40,320 nt of DNA, taken from the UHGV virus genome UHGV-1432856; one strand, given 5' to 3'. The stretch comes from a virus. Numbering within the stretch: the stretch's first letter is position 1; the number at the start of each line of letters is the position of its first letter. The translations under genes and the position numbers were made by a program. This document shows, in pieces, positions 17,921 to 27,484 of this stretch. A model generated the notes under the pieces. That model did no database searches and had not been told where the DNA came from. It saw nothing but the letters and a program-made list of their open reading frames with translations.

Positions 17921-18214
17921 ATGAAAAACCTGAAAAAATTCATTCCCCCTGTTAAAAAACCTCGCCTCAGCGGCTGGCTGCTGACCTCAGTGCTGTTGCT
18001 GGGCACCATCGCTCTGGTCTCACCACAGCAGCTGCCTGTTGTGATCTACAAGCTGGCACTCATCACGCTGGCAGCAGTGCTGGGTTACTGGCTTGACCGT
18101 TCGCTCTTCCCCAAAGCCCGTCCCGGTCAGTACCTGAAACATGACGACAGGCTGATGGCTGAAGGGCGTTTCCCGGTACAGACCGGCCTTCACCTGGTGT
18201 TTTCTGCTGCGTAA
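17921..18214 (+). CDS. small two-TM membrane protein, putative holin
   Basis: Start MKNLKKF with AAGGAG RBS; two hydrophobic helices; directly upstream of the endolysin; the track ORF starts at 17888. Confidence 0.45.
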   Translation: MKNLKKFIPPVKKPRLSGWLLTSVLLLGTIALVSPQQLPVVIYKLALITLAAVLGYWLDRSLFPKARPGQYLKHDDRLMAEGRFPVQTGLHLVFSAA

Positions 18215-18273
18215 ATCCGCCGTGCACTGATTGTTGCAGCGGTCTGCCTGGCTGTTGCGATGGGGCTTTAATC

Positions 18274-19014
18274 ATGAACTGGCCGCAGATCACCTGGATT
18301 GTATGCATGTCCCTGAAACTGGCTTTCGAAGCCTTTCGGGTCTTCATCAGAACCGAACGCCTGTCAGTCCGCGCCGGGACCTTTCTGGTTCATATGGCAT
18401 GGGTATTCTTTGTCGCAATGTTGCTCTGGTGTGGCGGCTTTTTTAGCCAGGCATGCGCAGCACAACCTCCGCAGGCTGCGCTGCAGTATCGCGATGATGT
18501 GATCCGTAATGCCCGGCTTGAATGGGGACTGTCTGCGCCGGTGGCCGATTTCGCCGCGCAACTGCATCAGGAAAGCGGCTGGCGACCTGATGCGATCTCG
18601 CCGGCTGGCGCTCAGGGACTGGCGCAGTTCATGCCTGCCACTGCCGACTGGATAAGCCAGTTGATACCGATGCTGAGCAGTCGTGAGCCGTTTAATCCGG
18701 CATGGGCTATCCGGGCGCTGGTCAGCTATGACCGCTGGCTGTGGCAGCGTGTCAGCGCCGCCAGTGACTGCGAGCGTATGGCCATGACACTGTCGGGCTA
18801 TAACGGTGGTCTGGGCTGGGTACAACGGGACAGGCGGCTTGCATCACAGAAAGGTCTGGACAGCACCCGCTGGTTCGGACATGTCGCCACGGTGAATGCC
18901 GGACGCAATGCGGCCAGCTGGCGGGAGAACCGCCATTATCCGCAGCGCATCCTGCGCGAACTGGCACCGCGATATCTCACATGGGGAGGCAGCAGTTGTG
19001 TGGCATCTGGTTAA
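18274..19014 (+). CDS. endolysin, lytic transglycosylase (SLT domain) with N-terminal hydrophobic anchor or signal
   Basis: SLT-like motif AQLHQESGWRPDAISPAGAQGLAQFMP; N-terminal hydrophobic stretch; start uncertain (18274 or 18394). Confidence 0.7.
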   Translation: MNWPQITWIVCMSLKLAFEAFRVFIRTERLSVRAGTFLVHMAWVFFVAMLLWCGGFFSQACAAQPPQAALQYRDDVIRNARLEWGLSAPVADFAAQLHQESGWRPDAISPAGAQGLAQFMPATADWISQLIPMLSSREPFNPAWAIRALVSYDRWLWQRVSAASDCERMAMTLSGYNGGLGWVQRDRRLASQKGLDSTRWFGHVATVNAGRNAASWRENRHYPQRILRELAPRYLTWGGSSCVASG

Positions 19015-19648
19015 AAAGCTGCCGTGGCGCGGCATTCTGCTGGCCATTCTTATCAATGCCTTTCTGGTCGGCCTGTATGCCATGGGATACAGAAGTGGTC
19101 ATGACTCTGCAAAGCGTGACGGTGATACCGCGCTCAGTCAGTTGCAGTCAGCATTTGACGCGTACAAAACGGAGCAGGCAACGCTTGAGAATGCTGCGCT
19201 GCGGGCCTGGGCCAGACGGTATCAGGAGCAGGTGGCCGCCGGGCAGCGGGCTGAAGCCGGTTATCTTGAGCAGATTGCTCAACTGGAGAGCCGGAATAAA
19301 CAACTACAGGGGCAAATTAACGATGTCACACAGCGCTGGATTGATGAAAAAGGTAAGAGCCATCCCATTGAGTGCGTGTTTACTCGCGGTTTCGTGCGCC
19401 AGTACAACGCCGCACTCGGATATGACAACGCATCCGTCGACACCGGTCATTCAGACTCAGTTGCCGCCGCTGGCACCCGCTCTGGCACAGCGACCGGGCA
19501 ACCTGAAACCACTGACACCCGGTTACGCGATTCGGGTGTCTCCCAGCGTGACGTTCTCGCCAACATCATCGACAACGCAGGACAATGTCGTCGCTGGCGG
19601 AACCAGATAAACGCGTTACTGGATGAACGGGAAGGATTACAGAAATGA
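18998..19648 (+). CDS. i-spanin (Rz-like)
   Basis: GTG start with GGGGAGG RBS; N-terminal TM (ILLAILINAFLVGLYAMGY) then coiled-coil periplasmic domain; contains an embedded lipoprotein ORF. Confidence 0.6.
   Translation: MWHLVKKLPWRGILLAILINAFLVGLYAMGYRSGHDSAKRDGDTALSQLQSAFDAYKTEQATLENAALRAWARRYQEQVAAGQRAEAGYLEQIAQLESRNKQLQGQINDVTQRWIDEKGKSHPIECVFTRGFVRQYNAALGYDNASVDTGHSDSVAAAGTRSGTATGQPETTDTRLRDSGVSQRDVLANIIDNAGQCRRWRNQINALLDEREGLQK
19344..19610 (+). CDS. o-spanin (Rz1-like lipoprotein) embedded in the i-spanin gene
   Basis: MKKVRAIPLSACLLAVSCAS signal peptide with lipobox, proline-rich mature part, in the +1 frame wholly inside the i-spanin gene. Confidence 0.55.
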   Translation: MKKVRAIPLSACLLAVSCASTTPHSDMTTHPSTPVIQTQLPPLAPALAQRPGNLKPLTPGYAIRVSPSVTFSPTSSTTQDNVVAGGTR

Positions 19649-19971
19649 CACTGCAGGTTGAATTCTGGACGGTGGTGAGTTTTCTGCTCACCTTCATGGG
19701 GTTTGTGGGAGGGCTCGCCAAATGGTTGTTCAGTAAAACAGAAGAACGCCAGGCGGCACGATTCGCCTCCCTTGAACAGGCCCTGCAACAATCCGCCTCC
19801 AACTGGGGCGAGCTGGAAAAAGAATTTATGCGATTTAAAGCGGATTTACCGCTGAATTATGTCCGTCGAGAGGATTATATCCGTGGCCAGACAGTCATTG
19901 AGGCCAAACTGGACGCGCTTTATAACAAACTGGAAGTGGTACAGCAGTACCGCAATACCGGAGGTCAATAA
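19645..19971 (+). CDS. small membrane-anchored protein (Mu gp25 position)
   Basis: N-terminal TM FWTVVSFLLTFMGFVGGL, then helical region; start overlaps the previous stop. Confidence 0.5.
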   Translation: MTLQVEFWTVVSFLLTFMGFVGGLAKWLFSKTEERQAARFASLEQALQQSASNWGELEKEFMRFKADLPLNYVRREDYIRGQTVIEAKLDALYNKLEVVQQYRNTGGQ

Positions 19972-20282
19972 TGGTCGATATTACCCGGGTACGCCGCGAA
20001 TCCCTGCGCTGGAGTCTGCTGGTTGCCCTGAACAAGACCCGCCCTTACACCGCCAGCGAGACGCTGCTGCTGGATGTGTCCCGTGCCATCTACCCGGACA
20101 CCACACCGCTGGAACTGCGCCGCGAACTGGATTATCTGGCTGACCGTAAAATGGTTGATCTGGAGAAAAAACCTTCTGGCGACTGGTTTGCTGACCTGAC
20201 CCGCCTCGGCGTAGACCTGGTGGAATACACCGTGGAATGTGGTCCGGGTATTGCCCGCCCGGAAAAGTACTGGAGTGAATAA
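19971..20282 (+). CDS. hypothetical protein (Mu gp26 position)
   Basis: 103 aa; overlapping start/stop with neighbours; by synteny only. Confidence 0.45.
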   Translation: MVDITRVRRESLRWSLLVALNKTRPYTASETLLLDVSRAIYPDTTPLELRRELDYLADRKMVDLEKKPSGDWFADLTRLGVDLVEYTVECGPGIARPEKYWSE

Positions 20283-20827
20283 TGGCCAGACGCAGCACAA
20301 TAGAAAAGCTGCCGGAAGATGTGCGCCGCTGGCTTGAACGGGCGCTGACTGAATCCGGCTTCAGCGGGTATAACGAGCTGGAGTCCCTGCTGCGTGAGCG
20401 GGGGTACGTCATCAGCAAATCCGCTATCCATCGCTATGGACAGAAGATTGAGCGCCGCTATGGTGCTATCCGTGCGGCAACAGAAGCGGCCCGCATGCTG
20501 ACCGAAGGCGCAGCAGACGATCAGGATGCGCGTTCGGAGGCTGTGATAGCCCTTATTCAGACCGAGCTGTTCGAGAGTATTGTCCAGTTGCAGGAGGCGG
20601 AAGAAGGCGAAGTCGATCCTAAAGAACGCGTGGCCCTGCTGTCGAAGGTGGCGAAGAATGTGGCTACGCTGTCCCGCGCGTCCGTCAACCTCAAAAAGTT
20701 CCAGTCTGAAGTACGGGCCAGAGCGCAGCAGGCAGCCAGCAACGCCGAGAAAATTGCCCGTAAGGGGGGACTGTCAAGCGACGCAGTACAGGCGCTTCGT
20801 CGCGAGATTCTGGGGATTGCCACATGA
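20282..20827 (+). CDS. Mu gp27-like DNA-binding protein, putative small terminase subunit
   Basis: 181 aa; MARRSTIEKLPEDVRRWLERAL N-terminus typical of gp27-like proteins; immediately upstream of the large terminase. Confidence 0.55.
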   Translation: MARRSTIEKLPEDVRRWLERALTESGFSGYNELESLLRERGYVISKSAIHRYGQKIERRYGAIRAATEAARMLTEGAADDQDARSEAVIALIQTELFESIVQLQEAEEGEVDPKERVALLSKVAKNVATLSRASVNLKKFQSEVRARAQQAASNAEKIARKGGLSSDAVQALRREILGIAT

Positions 20828-22419
20828 CAAAATCATCCGGAGTGATTTTAAACGCCGCTGGCGGTGGCCCCGAAGGGATGAGTCCCATGGACGGGAGGAA
20901 TAACCTTGCTCCCGTTTTGCCTGATACCTCGGCGCTGGATGCTCCTCCCGTTCTGTTGCCTTACCAGCAGCGCTGGGTGGCAGACACCTCTCCGCTTAAG
21001 GTGATAGAAAAGAGCCGTCGTACCGGTATTACATGGGCTGAGGCATCCGATAACGTACTGACCGCCGCCTCTTCTGCGCCAGCAGGCGGGATGAATGTGT
21101 ATTACATCGCTTATAACCAGGACATGACCGTCGAATACATTCAGGCGTGTGCGATGTGGGCACGGGCATTCAACTATGCGGCCAGTGAAATTGAAGAAGG
21201 ATTCTGGGAAGAGGACGACGACGACAAACACATCAGGACTTACACCATCAAATTTCCTGACTCCGGCTTTCGTATTGTTGCGCTCTCCAGCCGCCCGTCT
21301 AACCTGCGTGGCCGTCAGGGTATTATTGTTATCGACGAAGCGGCGTTCCATGAGCAACTGGACGAACTGCTGAAAGCGGCGCTGGCGATGCTTATCTGGG
21401 GGGGAAAGGTACGCGTTATCTCCACCCATGACGGTGACGACAATCCGTTCAATACGCTTATCGGGGATATCCGTGCCGGACGTCAGGGAGGCAGCATACA
21501 TCGCATCACTTTCCGGGAAGCCGTATCTGAGGGGCTGTTCCGGCGCGTCTGTCTGCGCACCGGGAAGGAATGGTCGGAGGCATCCGAGCAGGCCTGGATG
21601 GCATCGGTGTACAAATTCTACGGTGCCGGCGCATCCGAAGAGCTTGACTGTATTCCGGCCAACGGTGGCGGTGCCTGGCTGTCCCGTGCCCTGATAGAGT
21701 CCCGCATGTCCGCTGATACGCCGGTATTGCGTCTGACCTGCAAGGAAGGTTATGAACTGCTGTCTGATGAGGTTCGCTTCCGCGAGACGCAGGACTGGCT
21801 TGATGAGTATCTGAAACCCTTGCTGGAGGCACTCCCCACTGATGCCCGCTCTTTCCTGGGGCGCGACTTTGGCCGTAGCGGTGATTTGTCGGTGGACTAT
21901 CCCCTGCTGCAGGAGAAGAACCTGGTACGACGCGTGCCATTCGTACTGGAGCTGCGTAACGTGCCGTTCAGACAGCAGGAGCAAATCACCTGGTATCTGA
22001 TGGATGGCCTGCCCGGTCTGCTGGGTGCAGCGTTTGATGCCCGTGGTAATGGTGCCTATCTGGCTGAATACGCCATGCAGCGCTACGGCTCCGGCCGGGT
22101 TCAGCAGGTGATGCCAACCGAAGGCTGGTACCGGGAGCATATGCCTCCGGTCAAAGCTGCACTGGAAGACGGTAACCTGGTGGACTTACCAAAGGATGAA
22201 GACACACTGGATGACCTGCGGGCCGTTCAGGTGGTGAACGGTGTCCCCCGCGTACCGGAGCAACGCTCAAAAGCAAAGGCTGACGGTGGTAAACGCCACG
22301 GGGATTCAGCCATCGCACTGGCGCTGGCGTATTTCGCCAGCCGTGAAATTAACAAAGGGCCGGTGAAGGCAAGCTCACGCCGTCGTCGTCAGGCGGCCCG
22401 TATGCTGGAGGGATTCTGA
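20824..22419 (+). CDS. terminase large subunit
   Basis: 531 aa; N-terminal LPYQQRW motif, Walker B-like IIVIDEAAF; followed by the portal gene. Confidence 0.8.
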   Translation: MTKSSGVILNAAGGGPEGMSPMDGRNNLAPVLPDTSALDAPPVLLPYQQRWVADTSPLKVIEKSRRTGITWAEASDNVLTAASSAPAGGMNVYYIAYNQDMTVEYIQACAMWARAFNYAASEIEEGFWEEDDDDKHIRTYTIKFPDSGFRIVALSSRPSNLRGRQGIIVIDEAAFHEQLDELLKAALAMLIWGGKVRVISTHDGDDNPFNTLIGDIRAGRQGGSIHRITFREAVSEGLFRRVCLRTGKEWSEASEQAWMASVYKFYGAGASEELDCIPANGGGAWLSRALIESRMSADTPVLRLTCKEGYELLSDEVRFRETQDWLDEYLKPLLEALPTDARSFLGRDFGRSGDLSVDYPLLQEKNLVRRVPFVLELRNVPFRQQEQITWYLMDGLPGLLGAAFDARGNGAYLAEYAMQRYGSGRVQQVMPTEGWYREHMPPVKAALEDGNLVDLPKDEDTLDDLRAVQVVNGVPRVPEQRSKAKADGGKRHGDSAIALALAYFASREINKGPVKASSRRRRQAARMLEGF

Positions 22420-23828
22420 TGGCGAGGGGTATCTGGGTTTCACCCGATGAATTTGTTGCTTTTTCTGAGCCTCAGAAATCACTGACCGCGCAGATTGCCT
22501 CCCGCAGCCGCGCGATCGACTTTTACGGACTGGGCATGTATCTGCCCAATCCTGATCCCATTCTCAAGGCTCAGGGACGGGATATCCGTATCTACCGCGA
22601 ACTGCGCACCGACCCGCTGGTTGGGGGCTGTATCCGCAGACGTAAAGCAGCGCTCAAATCACTGGAGCGTGGACTGGAGCGCGGTCACGCTTCTGCCCGG
22701 GTCTTCCGTTTCATCCGCGACATGCTCGACGATCTGGATCTGTCCCGCATCATCGGTGAGATGAGTGATGCCGTGCTCTACGGGTATCAGCCCTGTGAAA
22801 TCATGTGGGGCCGTTCGGTCAGGGCGTGGGCAGTGACGGATATTGTCGGCAAACCGCCTGAGTGGTTTCAGTTTGATACGGACAACTGCCTGCGCTTCCG
22901 GGCGCGTGATGCGGGTGTGGAGGGTGAGCTGCTGTCACCGTCAAAATTCGTGGTGCCGGCACAGGATGCCTCGTATGACAATCCTTACGGTTTCCCGGAC
23001 CTGTCCATGTGCTTCTGGCCGGTCGCCTTCAAGAAAGGCGGGATGAAATTCTGGCTCCGCTTTGCCGAAAAGTTTGGCTCCCCGTGGGTGATCGGTAAGC
23101 ACCCGAGGGGTGCAAATGATGCAGAGATTGAAAAACTGCTGGACTCCATGGAGCAGATGGTGGAGGACGCGGTGGCCACCATCCCCGATGACAGCAGCAT
23201 CGAACTCAAAGCCGCGGATGGTAAGGCGGACAGCAGCGAGGTATTCCGCGAGCTGATCACACTGTCACGCAGTGAGATCTCCATTGCATTACTTGGTCAG
23301 AATCAGACCACGGAAGCGAACAGTAACAAGGCCTCTGCACAGGCCGGGCTGGAGGTAACGGCTGATATCCGCGATGCGGATGCGGACATCATTCAGGCAG
23401 CAGTGAATCAGGTTATCAGAACGGTGGTCACCCTGAACTTCGGCGATGTGCCGTGTCCGGTCTGGGCCATGTGGGAACAGGAGACCATTGATGACACCCG
23501 CGCCACCCGCGACGAAAAACTCACCCGGGCGGGTCTGCGTCTGACCCCGCAATACTTTAAGCGTGAGTACCAACTGCAGGACGGCGATATTGACGAGACA
23601 TCACCGTCGGAACGCCAGAATAACATGCTGCCGCTGTCATTTGCCGAGGCGATTGATGCCGATATTCAGGCTCAGCAGCAGCTTGACGACGCGCTGGACA
23701 TTCTGATGAACGGAGGTGTGTTAAATGGCACGCTGGAACCCGTCCTGGCACCTCTGTTTAAGCGGGTCGAAACGGGGTTAACCCGACTGAGCTGCTGGGC
23801 GAACTGGCGGAGCTCTACCCTCAGATGA
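22419..23828 (+). CDS. portal protein (Mu gp29-like, DUF935 type)
   Basis: 469 aa; position between terminase and F-like gene; start overlaps terminase stop. Confidence 0.75.
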   Translation: MARGIWVSPDEFVAFSEPQKSLTAQIASRSRAIDFYGLGMYLPNPDPILKAQGRDIRIYRELRTDPLVGGCIRRRKAALKSLERGLERGHASARVFRFIRDMLDDLDLSRIIGEMSDAVLYGYQPCEIMWGRSVRAWAVTDIVGKPPEWFQFDTDNCLRFRARDAGVEGELLSPSKFVVPAQDASYDNPYGFPDLSMCFWPVAFKKGGMKFWLRFAEKFGSPWVIGKHPRGANDAEIEKLLDSMEQMVEDAVATIPDDSSIELKAADGKADSSEVFRELITLSRSEISIALLGQNQTTEANSNKASAQAGLEVTADIRDADADIIQAAVNQVIRTVVTLNFGDVPCPVWAMWEQETIDDTRATRDEKLTRAGLRLTPQYFKREYQLQDGDIDETSPSERQNNMLPLSFAEAIDADIQAQQQLDDALDILMNGGVLNGTLEPVLAPLFKRVETGLTRLSCWANWRSSTLR

Positions 23829-23867
23829 ACACGGACGATCTGCAGGAACGGCTGGCCCGTATTCTCT

Positions 23868-24716
23868 TTGTGGCAAATATCCGGGGACGTCTGCATGAGC
23901 GTGACAACGGCTGAACTGGCGTACTGCATGACGCTTCCCCCGAAGCGGGCAGTCAGTTACCTGAAGTCCAAAGGGTATCAGATTACCTGGGACTGGGAAG
24001 AAATGTGGCAGGAGGCCCATGCCCGCGCCTTTACCGTTGCTAAAGTGACCCGCCTGGATATCCTGGAAGATATTCGCGGGGCACTGCAGCAGGCTGTCGA
24101 TGAAGGAAAAACCGATCGCTGGTTCCGGCAGGAGCTGGAGCCGGTGCTGAAGCGTAAGGGATGGTGGGGACCACGTGACACGACTGACCCGGTAACGGGT
24201 AAGCCGGTCACCATTCAGCAGGGCAGTCCGTGGCGGCTCGATACCATCTTTCGCACCAATATGTCCGTACTCTACAGCGCCGGTCGTTGGGCGGAACAGA
24301 TGGAAAACGTCGACGACAGGCCGTACTGGATGTATACCGGCATCAACGACAGCCATACCCGCAGGAGCCATCTGGCGCTGCATGGTCTGGTGCTGCGCTG
24401 GGATGACCCGTTCTGGCAGGCATTTTACCCGCCGAACGGCTGGCGCTGCCGCTGTAGTGTGATTGCCCTGAGTGCGGCGGATGTCCGTGCCCGTGGCCTG
24501 AAGGTTATCAGCTCCGGCTCTGCCATGGGCCAGGAACTGAAACTGGTCTCAGAGAAAACCGGCGAAATGCGGAACGTGGCCACCTTTAATACCGGCACCA
24601 CGAAGGTGACCACCGACGTCGGCTGGTCTTATGCACCGGGGGCAGCATACCGTCCCGACCTGGCCCGCTATCAGGGTACGCTTCAGCCACTGGCACAACA
24701 GGAACTGAGAGGATAA
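23868..24716 (+). CDS. head morphogenesis protein (Mu F-like)
   Basis: 282 aa; follows the portal as in Mu; sequence pattern consistent with F-like minor head proteins. Confidence 0.7.
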   Translation: MWQISGDVCMSVTTAELAYCMTLPPKRAVSYLKSKGYQITWDWEEMWQEAHARAFTVAKVTRLDILEDIRGALQQAVDEGKTDRWFRQELEPVLKRKGWWGPRDTTDPVTGKPVTIQQGSPWRLDTIFRTNMSVLYSAGRWAEQMENVDDRPYWMYTGINDSHTRRSHLALHGLVLRWDDPFWQAFYPPNGWRCRCSVIALSAADVRARGLKVISSGSAMGQELKLVSEKTGEMRNVATFNTGTTKVTTDVGWSYAPGAAYRPDLARYQGTLQPLAQQELRG

Positions 24717-24718
24717 CA

Positions 24719-25177
24719 ATGGCTTCCGATAACCTGGTCAGTATCACCATTAACGATAAATCCCTGCGCCGGAGCCTCCGTGCGCTGGATCTTGCTGCCA
24801 CAGACCTGGAGCCCGCGATGCGCAAAATCGCCGGAACCCTGCTGGCGGAAACACAGTTTAACTTTCTTGATGAGGGGCGTCCGGGGTGGATCCCCTCGCT
24901 GGCAGCGGAAGAACGTGACGGGCAGACACTGCAGGATACCGGGCGTCTGATGGGGTCAGTATCAACCGACCATGACGACCGGCAGGCTGTTGTGGGGACC
25001 AACGTTGTTTACGGTGCCATTCACCAGTTCGGGGGTAAAACGGGGCGTAATGAGTCTGTTGAACTTCCGGCCCGCCCGTTCCTGCCGGTGACGGGGGATG
25101 GAGAACTACAGCCTGAAGTGGTAATCCCCATCCTCGATACCATTGTCCGCCATCTTGAATCAGCGGCCCGTCGCTGA
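24719..25177 (+). CDS. virion morphogenesis protein (Mu G-like)
   Basis: 152 aa; synteny (after F, before I). Confidence 0.55.
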   Translation: MASDNLVSITINDKSLRRSLRALDLAATDLEPAMRKIAGTLLAETQFNFLDEGRPGWIPSLAAEERDGQTLQDTGRLMGSVSTDHDDRQAVVGTNVVYGAIHQFGGKTGRNESVELPARPFLPVTGDGELQPEVVIPILDTIVRHLESAARR

Positions 25178-25391
25178 GTTTTCTCTCTTCAGGCGGGTGA
25201 TTTATCATTGCCAGCGAATGAGGGGCTGTATTACCTTTATAAAGGCTTTACAGCCTCTGTTTTATAACCGCCTCCGGTTCACCGCATTGCTTTCCCTGTC
25301 CTTCTCCCCTGATGTTTTCTAAAGCAGATTAAAATCGCCGGGCCTGCATTTCTCACAAACTGTCTCCGACAACATAACGCGGGACAGCAAA

Positions 25392-26507
25392 ATGTCAGCC
25401 ATTCACATTTTTAAAGCCGGTACTCATACCGATATGCACGGCAAAAAACTGCCGTTCACGCCAGACGATCTTGCCGCCTGCGTGAAAGCCTATGACCCGT
25501 CCGTCCATGAAGCACCACTCGTGATTGGTCATCCCAGAACGGAAGACCCGGCGTGGGGCTGGGTGAAAGCCCTGTCGCTCAGCGGCGTCGATCTGATGGC
25601 AGAGCCTGCCCAGCTGGACCCGCAGTTTGCTGAGATGGTCACCGACGGACGATTCAAAAAAGTGTCCGCCTCTTTCTACCTCCCGGATTCACCGTCCAAT
25701 CCGAAGCCCGGCGTGCTCTACCTTCGCCATGTGGGCTTTCTCGGGGCACAGCCACCTTCCGTCAAGGGGCTGAAACAGGTGTCCTTCAGTGAGCAGGAAG
25801 AAGGTGTGGTGGAGTTCGCCGACTGGCAGGCCATCACGAATGCCTCCCTGTGGGGAAAGCTGCGCGATTTTCTGATCGCCCGCTTCAGTCTGGACGAGGC
25901 AGAAAAAGTCCTGCCGGAATGGCAGCTCAACAGTCTGCGCGAAGAGGCGTACCGCGACACACTGTCGCAGGATGCAGCAGGTGCACAATTCAGTGAGACA
26001 GGCCCGGGGCCGTCTTCCGCAAGTAACGAGGAATCATCGATGACAAAAGAAGAGATTGAAGCCCTTCAGGAGGAGAACCGCCGCCTGAAGCTGCAGGCTG
26101 CTGATCGCGATGCGCGTGATGCACAGGTCAGACAGGAGCAACTGCATAAGGACAATGTGGCCTTTGCAGAAAAACTGGTCGCAGAGGGCCGTCTGGCTCC
26201 CCGCGCCTCCTCCGTGGTGGTTGCCCTGCTGGATGCCGTCGCCGGTGGCGACAAGCCGGTGGAGTTTGCTGAGGGGGAAAGCCGCACACCGCTGGCCACC
26301 GCCTTTCGTTCATTGCTCTCCGACGGGGAGCCGGTGATGAATTTCGCCGAACAGGCCACAAAAGAGCGTGTCGGCGACACGGTGAAGGTGGATGTGGCAG
26401 AGTTTGCGGAAGCCGATCCTGAGCGTCTGGCCCTGCATCAGAAAGCAGTGGCCCTGTCCAAAAAAGAAGGCATCAGCTATGAGGCTGCTGTCGCACGCTG
26501 CCTGTAA
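25392..26507 (+). CDS. head maturation protease / scaffold (Mu I-like)
   Basis: 371 aa; N-terminus MSAIHIFKAGTHTDMHGKKLPFT typical of Mu I-like proteins; coiled-coil C-terminal half; precedes the major head gene. Confidence 0.75.
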   Translation: MSAIHIFKAGTHTDMHGKKLPFTPDDLAACVKAYDPSVHEAPLVIGHPRTEDPAWGWVKALSLSGVDLMAEPAQLDPQFAEMVTDGRFKKVSASFYLPDSPSNPKPGVLYLRHVGFLGAQPPSVKGLKQVSFSEQEEGVVEFADWQAITNASLWGKLRDFLIARFSLDEAEKVLPEWQLNSLREEAYRDTLSQDAAGAQFSETGPGPSSASNEESSMTKEEIEALQEENRRLKLQAADRDARDAQVRQEQLHKDNVAFAEKLVAEGRLAPRASSVVVALLDAVAGGDKPVEFAEGESRTPLATAFRSLLSDGEPVMNFAEQATKERVGDTVKVDVAEFAEADPERLALHQKAVALSKKEGISYEAAVARCL

Positions 26508-26521
26508 TTTAAGGAGAGAGC

Positions 26522-27475
26522 ATGTCTGATTACTTAAAAGGTAAACGTGTCGTTGATCCGGTACTGACCAGTATCGCCCGTGGCTATAAAAATGCCGCAT
26601 TCATCGGCGAACGTATTTTCCCCGTCGTGCTGACGGACAAGGAAGGCGTGCGTGTACCGACCTTCGGGAAAACCGCCTTTGTGGAATATGACACCGAGCG
26701 TGCCGTCGGGGCGGACAGCAATGTTCTGGTCCGTGAAAAAACAGGCACGCTGGACCTGGTGCTGGGTGAACACGATCTGGCTGCGCCGGTGGACTATCGC
26801 GAGCAGGCGGAGTCCATGTTTAACGAAGAGAGCAAGGCCATCCGTCGCGCCACGAATGGCGTGAACCTGCGCCGTGAACTTATCGCTGCCCGTCTGGCTC
26901 AGGATGAAAAGGTCTACCGTACCGGGCACGTCAAAAAACTGACAGCCAGTGATCGCTGGGCCGGTGGTAAGGGGGACCCCATCGGGGTGATTGAAGCCGG
27001 TATGGAAGCGGTCCGTACGGCCACGGGGCTGCGTCCTAACCTGATGACCATGGGGGCCGGCGTGATGGCGCTGCTGAAGTTCCACCCGGCGATTCAGGCC
27101 GCTATCGGAGCCAACGAACGCAAGCGCATCACCACAGAAATCCTGCAGGACCTCTTTCAGATCGAAGAGATCGTCATCGGTGCCCCGGTCTCCCTGCCGT
27201 CCATGAAAGCGGCAATGGATAAGAACAGCGTGCCGGCGGATATCTGGGGAGACAATCTGATGCTGCACTATGTCGGCAAACCGCAGCCGGGGGCGGACAG
27301 CGCGGACGAGAACGAGCCGTCCTTCGGCTACACCCTGCGTCGTAAGGGGATGTCTGTTGCCGACAAATACGACGGAGCCGGTGGCAAGGTGAAGTACTGC
27401 CGTTATACCGATATCTACAAAGTCGCCGTGGTTGGTGGCGATGCCGGGTATCTCATTACCGGTATCAGTAAATAA
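26522..27475 (+). CDS. major head subunit (Mu T-like)
   Basis: 317 aa; immediately after the protease/scaffold gene with AGGAG-like RBS; by synteny and size. Confidence 0.8.
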   Translation: MSDYLKGKRVVDPVLTSIARGYKNAAFIGERIFPVVLTDKEGVRVPTFGKTAFVEYDTERAVGADSNVLVREKTGTLDLVLGEHDLAAPVDYREQAESMFNEESKAIRRATNGVNLRRELIAARLAQDEKVYRTGHVKKLTASDRWAGGKGDPIGVIEAGMEAVRTATGLRPNLMTMGAGVMALLKFHPAIQAAIGANERKRITTEILQDLFQIEEIVIGAPVSLPSMKAAMDKNSVPADIWGDNLMLHYVGKPQPGADSADENEPSFGYTLRRKGMSVADKYDGAGGKVKYCRYTDIYKVAVVGGDAGYLITGISK

Positions 27476-27484
27476 GGAGGCGTT

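Noticed and set aside
20848-22140. 430-aa minus-strand ORF
   Set aside because: Antisense to the large terminase gene in a GC-rich region; no motifs.
26534-27268. 244-aa minus-strand ORF
   Set aside because: Antisense to the major head gene.
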